A DNA stretch of 64,000 nt. It comes from Thermoplasmata archaeon. Lineage in GTDB: Archaea; Thermoplasmatota; Thermoplasmata; Lutacidiplasmatales; UBA184. The stretch covers positions 2,340-66,339 of the forward strand of contig JAKAYL010000002.1 in assembly GCA_021809545.1 (NCBI GenBank). The letters are read 5' to 3'. The position numbers and the translations under genes were made by a program. Below the pieces are notes generated by a model. That model was not told the DNA's origin. It saw only the letters and a list, made by a program, of their open reading frames with translations, and did not search any database. Positions 18,996-28,206 of the stretch are shown piece after piece (within the stretch, counting starts at the first letter, position 1; each line of letters starts with the position of its first letter).

Positions 18996-19432
18996 TATGC
19001 GCGTTTGGCCCCCGCATCTCCCTCGAGAGGAACCTGGCCGAAGACGTCCATCGTCTGGGGGAGAAGCTTTCTCCGGCTCAGGTACGCCGCCTGGGTGCGT
19101 GTATAGCGGAACATGATGTCGGCCTTGCCGGACTGGAACTCCCAGGGGCTGACGACGAGGAGGTCCCCCTCGCGGATCCACATCTTCTTCTTGAGACGTC
19201 CGGTGATTCGGCCCATGCGGGAGACGTTGTCCTCACAAACGACCCGGATCCTTCCCGCGCCCAGGAGCTGGTTGGCGATGGCATAGATCTGTCCCTTGTC
19301 CCTGCGAGGGAGCGGGAACCGGCCGACGCCCTCCCCACCATCGACGGTGGTCTCGGTCTGGACGGGCGCTTCCTCCTCCTTCTTCTCGGGGGACTTCCCC
19401 TCATCAGGCGCTGGAGTAGGTTCGTCTTCCAC
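18995..19432 (-). CDS. eif1a: Translation initiation factor aIF-1A
   Basis: LLGAGRIRVVCEDNVSRMGRITGRLKKKMWIREGDLLVVSPWEFQSGKADIMFRYT. Start uncertain (GTG 19432 chosen). Confidence 0.92.
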   Translation of the reverse strand: MEDEPTPAPDEGKSPEKKEEEAPVQTETTVDGGEGVGRFPLPRRDKGQIYAIANQLLGAGRIRVVCEDNVSRMGRITGRLKKKMWIREGDLLVVSPWEFQSGKADIMFRYTRTQAAYLSRRKLLPQTMDVFGQVPLEGDAGAKRA

Positions 19433-19460
19433 GGTGAGGTGCCCAATCGTCGAATCTATT

Positions 19461-20051
19461 TCAACTAGACCAAGGGCGGCCCGACTTTCCCAACCAATCG
19501 GCGAGCCGGGAGAGGTCCGACTGCCAGCGCTCGGCGTACGCCTTACGTCGGAAGGTCGCGGCCGGATGGAGCAGGGGCACGAGCGGGCGCTGCTCCCAGG
19601 AAAGAAGGGAACCCGCAACCTCCGTCACCCGTCCGACCTCGGGAAGGAGTGCGTGGAGGGCGTTGTCGCCCAACGTCACGACAAACCGGGGGTCGAGCAG
19701 ATGGAGCTTCAGTCGGAGCCAATCGGTGCACGCCGTGGCGGCCTTCCGGTCGAAGACGTTCGCTTCGGGCCGGCACATGATCACGTTGGTGATCCCGTAC
19801 TCGTCCTCGGTGAGGCCGAGGCGGGCTATGGCCGCGGAGAGCGTCTTCCCCGCACGCCCGACGAAGGGGACACCGAGCCGGTCCTCCTCGGCCCCCGGAG
19901 CTTCTCCGAGGAAGAGGAGCTTGGGTGTCGGACTTCCCCGGTAGATCACGACGTGGTTCCGGGATCGGGAGAGGTGGCAACGGAGGCAGCCGGACATTTC
20001 CTTGGACGCGGCGTCCCAGGACCGCTGCCGGTCCTCCCGGAGGGGGTTCAA
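19461..20051 (-). CDS. udg: Family 4 (Fe-S) uracil-DNA glycosylase
   Basis: CLRC, LGEAPGAEED-x-x-G-x-PFVGRAG, TNVIMCRP and HPAA. TTG start overlaps the upstream TGA. Confidence 0.9.
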   Translation of the reverse strand: MNPLREDRQRSWDAASKEMSGCLRCHLSRSRNHVVIYRGSPTPKLLFLGEAPGAEEDRLGVPFVGRAGKTLSAAIARLGLTEDEYGITNVIMCRPEANVFDRKAATACTDWLRLKLHLLDPRFVVTLGDNALHALLPEVGRVTEVAGSLLSWEQRPLVPLLHPAATFRRKAYAERWQSDLSRLADWLGKSGRPWSS

Positions 20052-21349
20052 AGCTCCTTGTAGGCCGCGTAGAGGTCGCGCAGCATGCGGATCCGGCCGA
20101 CCTTGCCCCGGGCGACGGCCTTCTTCACGATCTCGCCCGTGTGGAGCTTCGGCTGGCTCTTCTCCGTCATCATATCGTGGAACGCCTGGGTCATGACCGC
20201 CGGGTACTGCGTGTAGATGCGCTCGTTCCACTTGACCTTCCCCACCTTCCGGAACTTCCGGAAGTCGGGTAGGATGCTGGCCTCCTCGAGGCGCGTCCCG
20301 TACGAAGCAAGGGTGGCGGCGGAGAAATCCTTCTTCTTTTGGGCTTCGAGCCCCGTGTCGGCGGCCAAGATCCCGCTGCGGATGGCGTAGTTCATCCCCT
20401 GGATGAGGATCCCGTTGGAGAAGACGAAACCCGCGGCGTCTCCGGCCACAAGGAACCCGTCCCCCCAGAGGAGATCGGGAGCGCTCGCTTGCCCGTCGGC
20501 GATGAGCTTCGCCCCATACTCCACCAGTTCGGCGCCCCGGAGGTAGGGGGCGATCGCGGGATGGGACTTGAACCGCTCTATGAGGTCGTGCGAGGCCAGT
20601 TTCTGTCCCTTGAGCGAGGCGATGTTCACGATGATGCCCAAGGAGAGAGTGTCGGCGTTCGTGTACAGGAAGCCTCCGGCCATGATGCCCGGGGGCAGGA
20701 AGCCTAGGACCCACTCCTGGGCCCGGCCGCTACCGGGGGCGACCTGGAACCGGTCGTCGATCGCTTCCCGGGAGAGCTTGAAGACCTCCTTGACGCCGAG
20801 CTCGGTGTGGTGCTCGTCCAGGCGCGGCCGCTTGCGGATGAAGGTGCCCAGGGTGATGCGGGAGTTCGTGCCGTCACAGATGATCGTGAGCGGGGCCCCG
20901 ACTACCTCCCCTCCCTGCACGACGCCGTGCACGCGGCCGTTCTCGATATTGAGCTTCTCGACGGGGACCTGGCTGATGACCGTCGCCCCCGCCTCCTCCG
21001 CTTTCTTGGCGAGCCAGGAGTCCGTGCGCGCCCTCAGGACGCTGTGGGCGTTGTACGGCGGCTTCGCCCAGTCCGCATCCTCGTACTCGAAGGAGAGCGC
21101 CCGGTCCGGGGTCAGAAAGCCGAAGCGCTTGGAGACGATGTGCCGCTCGAGGGGCATCTCCTCCCGCCATTTCGGGACCAACGCATCCAGATCGTGACCC
21201 CAGAGAATTCCCCCGGAAAGATTCTTCGCGCCGGGTTCTTCCCCGCGTTCGATCAGGAGGACATTCGCTCCTCCCTTAGCAAGCCGGAGCGCGGCGGCGC
21301 TCCCCGCCAGCCCCGCGCCAACTACGATGACGTCAAAATCGTCGGCCAT
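20048..21349 (-). CDS. fixC: FixC-like FAD-dependent electron transfer flavoprotein-quinone oxidoreductase
   Basis: DVIVVGAGLAG, IERGEEPGAKNLSGG, GVKEV, GGFLYTN, EYGAKLI and AGDAAG. Confidence 0.85.
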   Translation of the reverse strand: MADDFDVIVVGAGLAGSAAALRLAKGGANVLLIERGEEPGAKNLSGGILWGHDLDALVPKWREEMPLERHIVSKRFGFLTPDRALSFEYEDADWAKPPYNAHSVLRARTDSWLAKKAEEAGATVISQVPVEKLNIENGRVHGVVQGGEVVGAPLTIICDGTNSRITLGTFIRKRPRLDEHHTELGVKEVFKLSREAIDDRFQVAPGSGRAQEWVLGFLPPGIMAGGFLYTNADTLSLGIIVNIASLKGQKLASHDLIERFKSHPAIAPYLRGAELVEYGAKLIADGQASAPDLLWGDGFLVAGDAAGFVFSNGILIQGMNYAIRSGILAADTGLEAQKKKDFSAATLASYGTRLEEASILPDFRKFRKVGKVKWNERIYTQYPAVMTQAFHDMMTEKSQPKLHTGEIVKKAVARGKVGRIRMLRDLYAAYKEL

Positions 21350-21358
21350 CCCCGGAGA

Positions 21359-22030
21359 TCACCGAGACGTGGGAGCAGGAGTCGGCTGGGGACGCGTCAC
21401 TCCCGCGAGGCGTTCCTGGTTGTCTTCCACGAGCTTCTGGAACTTCGTCGGCTTGGGGAAGCCGGGCCAAAGCTCATTCCCGAGGGAGTTCGCCGCGCCG
21501 GATTCCGCGCTCAACCGGATGGTCCCGTAGCCAAGGGCCCTCTGCCCCAGGGATTGCTTGACCTCGATCCCGCGGATCTGACGGAGCTGAACCTCATCAA
21601 AGTCCTTGGAGACGATCCCCTTCTGACGGATGAACCGGGTGTTCGTCAGGGCGTACACGGTGGCGGCCCTCCGGAACCAGCGCTCCGCAAGGAACAGGAT
21701 GGCGATCAGCAGGAGGACCAGTGCGACGATGACCTGCCAGGATTCGACCGACGTCGCTCCGACGAGAAAATTGAGCCAGGACGGGATCGTAGGAAGGTAG
21801 CTCGAGACCTGTGCGTTCAAGGCCCGGGAAAGGGAGTCGTACACGAGGAAGTCGTAAACGAGCACCAGGAAGAGGAAGAACAGCGGAGGAGGGAAGTAAA
21901 GGAAGCCGGAAGGACGCCCTTCCCAGACGAATTCCTCCTCGGAGCCGAGGAAGGTGGCCGTCATGAGGTTGGGCAACTTCTTGGGGGCCGCCACGGGCTT
22001 GCTCTGGGTGTCAGCTACCTTACGGGCCAT
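21359..22030 (-). CDS. Membrane protein with bacterial PH (bPH_2-like) domain
   Basis: Two TMs followed by YALTNTRFIRQKGIVS...IEVKQSLGQRALGYGTI. A TATA-like box at ~22061-22070 supports ATG 22030. Confidence 0.8.
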   Translation of the reverse strand: MARKVADTQSKPVAAPKKLPNLMTATFLGSEEEFVWEGRPSGFLYFPPPLFFLFLVLVYDFLVYDSLSRALNAQVSSYLPTIPSWLNFLVGATSVESWQVIVALVLLLIAILFLAERWFRRAATVYALTNTRFIRQKGIVSKDFDEVQLRQIRGIEVKQSLGQRALGYGTIRLSAESGAANSLGNELWPGFPKPTKFQKLVEDNQERLAGVTRPQPTPAPTSR

Positions 22031-22369
22031 AGGTCTTCCTTTCGGGGGAAACCTAGGGAAGATATATATTGGGGGGGTCGAGCGGACAGGACAATTAGGG
22101 GCCCTTGGCGACCGGAAAGAGGCCCCCCGCTCATTCCGTGAAGTTTCCGGTGCCGGATCTCCCAACGCAGACCGACTCGCCCACCGCAAAAGTCATGGCC
22201 ATCAATGGGCCTGAGGACTTCACGCGGGATCTTTCCAAGTTGCGGGTCGGAGCTCGCGAAGACGACTCGGGTCACGTTCCTCGATAATTGAAGTGGATTT
22301 CCGAAGGATTGCCCATGGGGGCAGGTTCGCGTCCCGGAGAGAAGGTCAGGCTCCGGTCGACTGGGGCTG

Positions 22370-24742
22370 TTACTGTTCTTCGGATGGAGGAGTGTCTCCC
22401 GAGGAGGCATCGGAGGACTCCGACGCGTTCCCGGAGGAAGAATCATCCGAGTTCCCCTCGCCACCGGAGTTCTCCGAGGACGGGGTCCCGTCAGGGGCCG
22501 CTTCGGTGGTCATACCTGAGACGGCGCCTGCGGCCGCGGCGTAGCGGGCTTGCCGCTCCATCCTGCGCCGCTTCCGGAGCTCTCGCTTGCTGAGCTTCTC
22601 GGGAGGCGGGGAAGCGGGGGCGGGGTCAGCAACGGAGGGCTCAGAAGAAGGGGGCGCCTCCGGAGCCGCTTCGGGAGCCGACGGCTCGGAAGTAGATGGC
22701 TCCGGGGATGTTTCCGGTTCTACAGGGGGTGAGGATACGGGCTCTTCGGGCGCGGCGGCGGGCTCGGCCGCCGGGGGTTGAGGCTCGGCAGGGGCTTCCG
22801 CAACCGCGCTTCCCACTGCGACGGCGGCAACTCCTGCCTCAAGTTCCGAGGGGGGAACCCCCGAGGGTCCGGTGGGGCCCGAAGGGGCCGGCGCCGACAT
22901 CGCCTCCTCAGGCTCGCCCTTCTTGCGGCGCCGGATCGCGACCAGCAGGACGAGGAGGACGATGAGGAGGAGTAGGACGAGGAGAATGAGCCACAGATAG
23001 CTTCCGATCACATTGGTCGGCTGGGGCGCGGAGGTCGTGATGGTCACGGTGTGCGTCACCTTGTAGCTCGCTCCCGCGGAGTCGTTGACCCAAACGGAGA
23101 TCGTGTAGGTCCCGGCGCTGGTCCAGGTGTGGGACTCGTTCGCCAGCCCGTTCGCGACCAGCGTCCCATCTCCAAAGTCCCAGGTGTACTTGTAGGCGGG
23201 GACTCCCCCGGTTGCACTGACGGTGAAACTGAGGGGGGTGCCTGCGCTGCCGTTGGAGGGCCCTGTGAGCGTTGCCACCAAGGTGGGCGGGGGAGGTGCC
23301 TGGGTCACCTTCACGACGACCGAGCTCGTGGCCGTGACGTTGTAGAAGTCGGTGACGACGACACTGAACGTGTAGCTCCCCGCGGCGGAGAGGGTGTCGT
23401 TGAAGGTGTTGCCCGGCTGGACCTTGAGGACGGTGCTCCCAAGCTTGAAGAGATAGCTGTAAGGGGAGAAACCGCCCTTTGCCGTGGCCACGAGCTCGGT
23501 GGTGAGCGGGGCATTGCCACTGACCTTAGAGGCGGCGAGAGCGACCGTCACGGAGGGGACCACCGGGAGGACGAGGCTCGTGCTGGCGGAGATCCCGGTC
23601 GCATTCGTACCGGTGACGTTCACGGTGTAGTTCCCGGAGGCGGTGTAGACATGCTGCACCGTGGCCGAGGAGGTGGGTCCGAGAGAGGTCGTGTCACCGA
23701 AGGAGAAGAGGTACTGGAGTGCGGTCGACGATCCCGAGACGGTGGCCGTGAAGGAGGTGTTGGCCCCGACCTCGCTGGGGGAAGGATTCGGGAGGAGAGA
23801 GATCGTGAAGCCCACCGACACGGTCAGGGAGTAGATGGGGGAATCTACCCGATAGTTGCTCGTCGCGTTGAAGGCCGTGACGTTGAAGGAATAGGTGCCA
23901 GGACGCTGGTAGGCGTGACCAGCAACATTGGTGCCGGGGGCCGTGAGTCCGGAGTTGTTCCCATCTCCGTAGGTGAAGAAGTAGCGCCAACCCGCACCGG
24001 CGGGGGAGAGCACTGCGGTGAAGTTCACCGTCTGCCCTGCCTTGGGAGCGGGAGGCGACCAGACCATCGTCAGCGATGGGATGGCGAGCACCGTGACGGG
24101 GCTCGTGGCATTGGCAGAGGTGTTCCCGGCAGCGGTGACGGTCACGTTGGCGGGGAAGGTCCCTGCGCTCGCGTAGGCATGGACGGTGGTATTGATGGAG
24201 GTCGTCAACAACGGGGAGCCGTCCCCGAAATTCCAGAGATAGGAGTACGGGGGCAGTCCACCCCGGGTGGTGGCGGTGAGGGTCACGTTCTGGCTCACGT
24301 ACGCGGGGGTGGGAGTGACGGAGAGCGCGACCGTGAGATTCTGCGCCAGAAGGGTCACGTTGCACCAGCTGCCAGGGTACTTGGTGTTGACCGTCGTGTT
24401 GTTGGTTCCATGGGCGCCAAAGTAGTTCGCCGTTACGGTGACTAGATCCCCGTTCGTCGAATTCGTCAGGCTGCTGACCTGGTACTCTCCGAGCGAGTCC
24501 GTGACGGTGCTTTGAGAGGTGTTCGCAGTGGTGTCGTTGACGTAGACTTGGGCACCGGAAATGTGCGTGCCGTTCTTGAGAACGACGAACCCGTACACGT
24601 AATAGGGGCTGGGAGGGGGCTTGGCGAGCGCTACCCCGCCGTTACCGAGGAGGGCCAGGGAGAGGGATGTCCCGAGGATCAGCAGCGTTGCGATCAGCGA
24701 AAGGATTTCCCTACTATTCTGTCCCTTAATTCTCACGCCCAC
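22370..24742 (-). CDS. Membrane-anchored PKD-repeat surface protein with N-terminal 'YYVYG' beta domain
   Basis: Signal peptide; W-x-FGDG PKD motifs; TM followed by RRRKK; acidic Pro-rich cytoplasmic tail. Confidence 0.85.
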   Translation of the reverse strand: MGVRIKGQNSREILSLIATLLILGTSLSLALLGNGGVALAKPPPSPYYVYGFVVLKNGTHISGAQVYVNDTTANTSQSTVTDSLGEYQVSSLTNSTNGDLVTVTANYFGAHGTNNTTVNTKYPGSWCNVTLLAQNLTVALSVTPTPAYVSQNVTLTATTRGGLPPYSYLWNFGDGSPLLTTSINTTVHAYASAGTFPANVTVTAAGNTSANATSPVTVLAIPSLTMVWSPPAPKAGQTVNFTAVLSPAGAGWRYFFTYGDGNNSGLTAPGTNVAGHAYQRPGTYSFNVTAFNATSNYRVDSPIYSLTVSVGFTISLLPNPSPSEVGANTSFTATVSGSSTALQYLFSFGDTTSLGPTSSATVQHVYTASGNYTVNVTGTNATGISASTSLVLPVVPSVTVALAASKVSGNAPLTTELVATAKGGFSPYSYLFKLGSTVLKVQPGNTFNDTLSAAGSYTFSVVVTDFYNVTATSSVVVKVTQAPPPPTLVATLTGPSNGSAGTPLSFTVSATGGVPAYKYTWDFGDGTLVANGLANESHTWTSAGTYTISVWVNDSAGASYKVTHTVTITTSAPQPTNVIGSYLWLILLVLLLLIVLLVLLVAIRRRKKGEPEEAMSAPAPSGPTGPSGVPPSELEAGVAAVAVGSAVAEAPAEPQPPAAEPAAAPEEPVSSPPVEPETSPEPSTSEPSAPEAAPEAPPSSEPSVADPAPASPPPEKLSKRELRKRRRMERQARYAAAAGAVSGMTTEAAPDGTPSSENSGGEGNSDDSSSGNASESSDASSGDTPPSEEQ

Positions 24743-24754
24743 ATCACCTGTTGT

Positions 24755-27700
24755 TCATTCCGTGAAGGTCCCGCTCGCGGTCGTCCACACGTATACCGCA
24801 GAACCCGTAGGTATGTTAAAGTTGTAGGTAGGGTCGGAGAAGCCCACGATGTACGTTACCCAGGTCTGGGTTGCGGAATCCCACCAGCAGATGGCCTGCG
24901 CTCCAGGAATGGATGCCGCGAGAGTGGAGGCGTTCTCCGCGGACGTTGACGACCAGCCGATCCCGGACCAACCGGGACCGAAGGCGACACCGGAGACCGT
25001 GGATGACGCATTCCCCCAGATCGTGATCGAAATGGCCGAGCTCACGTTGATCCAGATCCCGTTCCCGGGGCTGATAGCGACAGAGCCGTTGAGCGAGTTC
25101 CCCGGGCGGGAGTAATTGGTCTCTCCCGTCCCGACGAGGACCTGGAGGTAGGAGAAGGGGGCGCCCATGAGGACCGAGAGCTCGTACGCCGTGTACGCGT
25201 TGGCGATGAGGGGCAACGCCACGAGGTTCCATCCCTTGACGAGCGAGAGCTGGGCCGAGGCCGACCCCCAGACCGTGAGCGAATAGCTGGCGGTGCTCGT
25301 GTATCCCAGGGCGTCCGTCACCGTCAGCGCGATGGTGTACGTGCCCGGTTTGTAGTAGATCTGATTCGGTGGCGTGACCGCGGTGGAGGTGTTCCCGTTG
25401 CCGAAATTCCAGGCGAGCGTGAAGGCACCGTGCCCGTAAAGGCTCGTGTTCGCGAAGGTCTCATTGGCCGGCACAACGGGATGGGTCGAAGAGACGGTGA
25501 ACGCGGCTTGGACGTGCTGGTAGACGGCGATCGTCAGCGAGGCCTTGCCCGACACGGTGTTCTTCGAACTGTTCACGAAAAGGGTCATGCTCGAAGAAGT
25601 GGGCGTGGTGTAGATGTGGCAGCCCGTGACCGAGGTAGCGCTCGTGGAAGCCGAGGTCTTGGTACCGTCCCCCCAGGTCCAGTTGAGGTAGAAGGGAGCG
25701 GTGACCTTGGTTGCGGTGAAGCTGGTGTTGAAGCACAGGGCATAGTTGGTCTCTCCGGTCGCCGTCCGGTTGGCCACGATCGGATTCACAGTGATCGAAC
25801 CTGCAGAGGCGATCACGTCGACGTTGAAAGGAGTGGCGCAGCCGAAGGTCTTGCTCAGGTTCCCGGTGGTGGCCCAGGCAGAGAGGTTGTAGGGGCTCCA
25901 GGAGTTACCCTGGTTCCTGTCCGTCGCCCAGACGCAGTACTGCAGCGTGCCGGTCGTGGTCAGGCTGGCCGCGGGGATGCTCCCGGTCCAGGTGCCGGAG
26001 GTGGAGCTTCCTGAGGAGAGCGTGAGGGTCGTGTTCTGCCACGTTCCCCCGGGAGCGAGGTAAGAGACATTCACGTAGTTGACGGACTGGATGTCGTTCA
26101 CGGTGGCCGTGATCGGGTAGCCAGCTCCCACGGTGGCCCCACCCTCGGGGTTCGTTGCGACAAAGGGCTTCCCGAGGTCCTTAGAGAGGTTCAGGGCCAT
26201 GGGGATCCCGTATCCCGTGGAGGTGTTGTAGTCCTGCGCCCCATTGAAGTAGGCGTTGCTCCCGTTGTTAACGAAGTAGACCGGGTCGAGCAGGTTGTTG
26301 GGTTGCTTGTAAAGGTACTGGAACATGAGGCCGTAGAACGCAGGATCGAGCTGGCCGAGCTTGTGGCCCAGGTAGACCATCATCGCCCCAGTGAGTCCTG
26401 CGGTGGCGGGCGAGGAGAAGCTGGTCCCCCCATAACCTGTCAGCCAAGCGCCGCTGTGCCAGGAGGCCATGTTGGCTCCCGGTCCGGACCAATCCGGAGC
26501 CGGGCGGGCCGACGTGGTGGACCAAGGGGCCCCTCCATCGGCGGTGGTCGTGGTGATGGCATTGCCCATGCTGGAGTTGACCGCGTAGCCGATCTGGTAC
26601 CAGGCTTTCGGGAAGGCGGTGCTGACCCCTCCCTGGCTCCCGGCGAAGGTGGTGGAGCTCTGACACCAGTTCCACACGTCATTGCCATAGTTGTCGGAGT
26701 ACGTGGTGGAGGCAGCCACCATGTTCGCGGATCCGCCCACGCTCATGACGTAGGGAGAAGATCCCGGGAAATCCAACCCGGGCGTCCCAGGATTCGTGCA
26801 AGTGCCATGGGAGGCGATGCTCCCGTCCCCATCGGCGCTGGAGGCAAAGAGCGAGATGCCCATGGAGGTCGCCTGTTGGTAATCCTGCTCATAGGTGGCC
26901 TCGAAGGAGCCAGCGGTCATGTTGACATCGTTACCTCCCCAGGACTGCGTGATGACATCGAGGTTCGGAACGTTGGTCAACAGCCAGCTGAGCAGAGCTT
27001 CCAAGGCGGCGTTGGAGCTGGAGCTCACCCACGTCGGATCGAGATAGGCACCGGGGGCGTCCGTCCCCGAGTACTGCATGTCGAGGGTGAGCTCGATGTC
27101 CCCACAGGTGCCCGTGCCGGGCGCCGAGGTGGTGTAGCCAGGTACCGAGTAGTGAGGCTGGATGGTGGGCTTGGGGAGACCGCTCCAGTACCCATCGCTC
27201 AAGTTGAAGAACTCGTTCATGTCCGTCAGGGAGTAGCCGCAGTCGGACTTGGAAGAAGCCCAGAGGGTCTGGGCGATCTTCACTCCCTGCGCGTAACTCG
27301 CCACCACACCGTGGGAGGCGTTCCCCGTGGAGTTGTACATCTGGTCGAGTTGGAAGATCTGGTGCATGTAGGTGGGGTAATCCAAGACCCCGGATCCCGG
27401 GCTCGCCATGGGTCCCATCTTCGAGTTCTGAACGAAGTTGGTGTGCACCGAACTGGGCAGGTTGTTGAGCCCCTCGACCCCGAGGATCCAGGGGGCAAGC
27501 TGGGCCGGGAGGGTAGGAGTGCCCGAGGGAGCCCAGTACGAACCGTGCACCGCGTCGCGGTAGGTGGCGAAGCTGACACCGAAGGCCTTCGATAGCTCGG
27601 ATGTCGTGCCCGTGGCCTCGATCGTCAGATGGTCCGAGGAGACGTACCGAACCTGAAGGCCGGAGCTCGAGAGCCAAGAAGCGACCGCGCTCGTCTCCGA

Positions 27701-28120
27701 GGCCGGAGGTGAAAACGCTTCGGTGAACTGTTGCAGCGTCAGGAAATGCGCGTAGAGAGGGGAGGAAGGATCGGATACCTGCTGGTCGAAAAGGGCCAGC
27801 ATCGCGGGATTGTTCACCGACATCGTCACCACGATCTGGGCCGAGGTGGAGGGACCGACGGGACCCACCTCGTGCCCTCCGAGGCCCGATCCGGTGAGGG
27901 CCGAGACGAGGGCGACCCTCCCCACAGGGGTGGTGAGGGTCTGGGGAGAGGCCCCCGAAGTTACGGTGACCTGGGAAGAGAAGGAAGTGGCGCCCAAGGG
28001 GAGCGCGTTCGCGGGCACAGAGTACGACAACACACTGAGCAAAGTGATCCCCAATGCCCACCAGGCCAGGTACTGTCCATTCCTTCGGCCAAGACCTCCT
28101 TTCCAACGGTATCCTACCAT
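24755..28120 (-). CDS. Secreted S53 (sedolisin/kumamolisin) serine-carboxyl protease with PKD domains and a C-terminal 'GWN' domain
   Basis: Pro-domain (DPSSPLYAHFLT...F-x-P); catalytic ELTLD (E...D); SSADGDG; GGTSFSSP; YNTSTGYG Ca-site; no C-terminal TM. Confidence 0.9.
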   Translation of the reverse strand: MVGYRWKGGLGRRNGQYLAWWALGITLLSVLSYSVPANALPLGATSFSSQVTVTSGASPQTLTTPVGRVALVSALTGSGLGGHEVGPVGPSTSAQIVVTMSVNNPAMLALFDQQVSDPSSPLYAHFLTLQQFTEAFSPPASETSAVASWLSSSGLQVRYVSSDHLTIEATGTTSELSKAFGVSFATYRDAVHGSYWAPSGTPTLPAQLAPWILGVEGLNNLPSSVHTNFVQNSKMGPMASPGSGVLDYPTYMHQIFQLDQMYNSTGNASHGVVASYAQGVKIAQTLWASSKSDCGYSLTDMNEFFNLSDGYWSGLPKPTIQPHYSVPGYTTSAPGTGTCGDIELTLDMQYSGTDAPGAYLDPTWVSSSSNAALEALLSWLLTNVPNLDVITQSWGGNDVNMTAGSFEATYEQDYQQATSMGISLFASSADGDGSIASHGTCTNPGTPGLDFPGSSPYVMSVGGSANMVAASTTYSDNYGNDVWNWCQSSTTFAGSQGGVSTAFPKAWYQIGYAVNSSMGNAITTTTADGGAPWSTTSARPAPDWSGPGANMASWHSGAWLTGYGGTSFSSPATAGLTGAMMVYLGHKLGQLDPAFYGLMFQYLYKQPNNLLDPVYFVNNGSNAYFNGAQDYNTSTGYGIPMALNLSKDLGKPFVATNPEGGATVGAGYPITATVNDIQSVNYVNVSYLAPGGTWQNTTLTLSSGSSTSGTWTGSIPAASLTTTGTLQYCVWATDRNQGNSWSPYNLSAWATTGNLSKTFGCATPFNVDVIASAGSITVNPIVANRTATGETNYALCFNTSFTATKVTAPFYLNWTWGDGTKTSASTSATSVTGCHIYTTPTSSSMTLFVNSSKNTVSGKASLTIAVYQHVQAAFTVSSTHPVVPANETFANTSLYGHGAFTLAWNFGNGNTSTAVTPPNQIYYKPGTYTIALTVTDALGYTSTASYSLTVWGSASAQLSLVKGWNLVALPLIANAYTAYELSVLMGAPFSYLQVLVGTGETNYSRPGNSLNGSVAISPGNGIWINVSSAISITIWGNASSTVSGVAFGPGWSGIGWSSTSAENASTLAASIPGAQAICWWDSATQTWVTYIVGFSDPTYNFNIPTGSAVYVWTTASGTFTE

Positions 28121-28206
28121 GTTTCAGTTTCCAGAGATAGGTGATCCCCAAGATTCAGGTATAGAAGCCACATTCCCCCAAATAAGCATTGTGGTGTGAT
28201 AGCACC

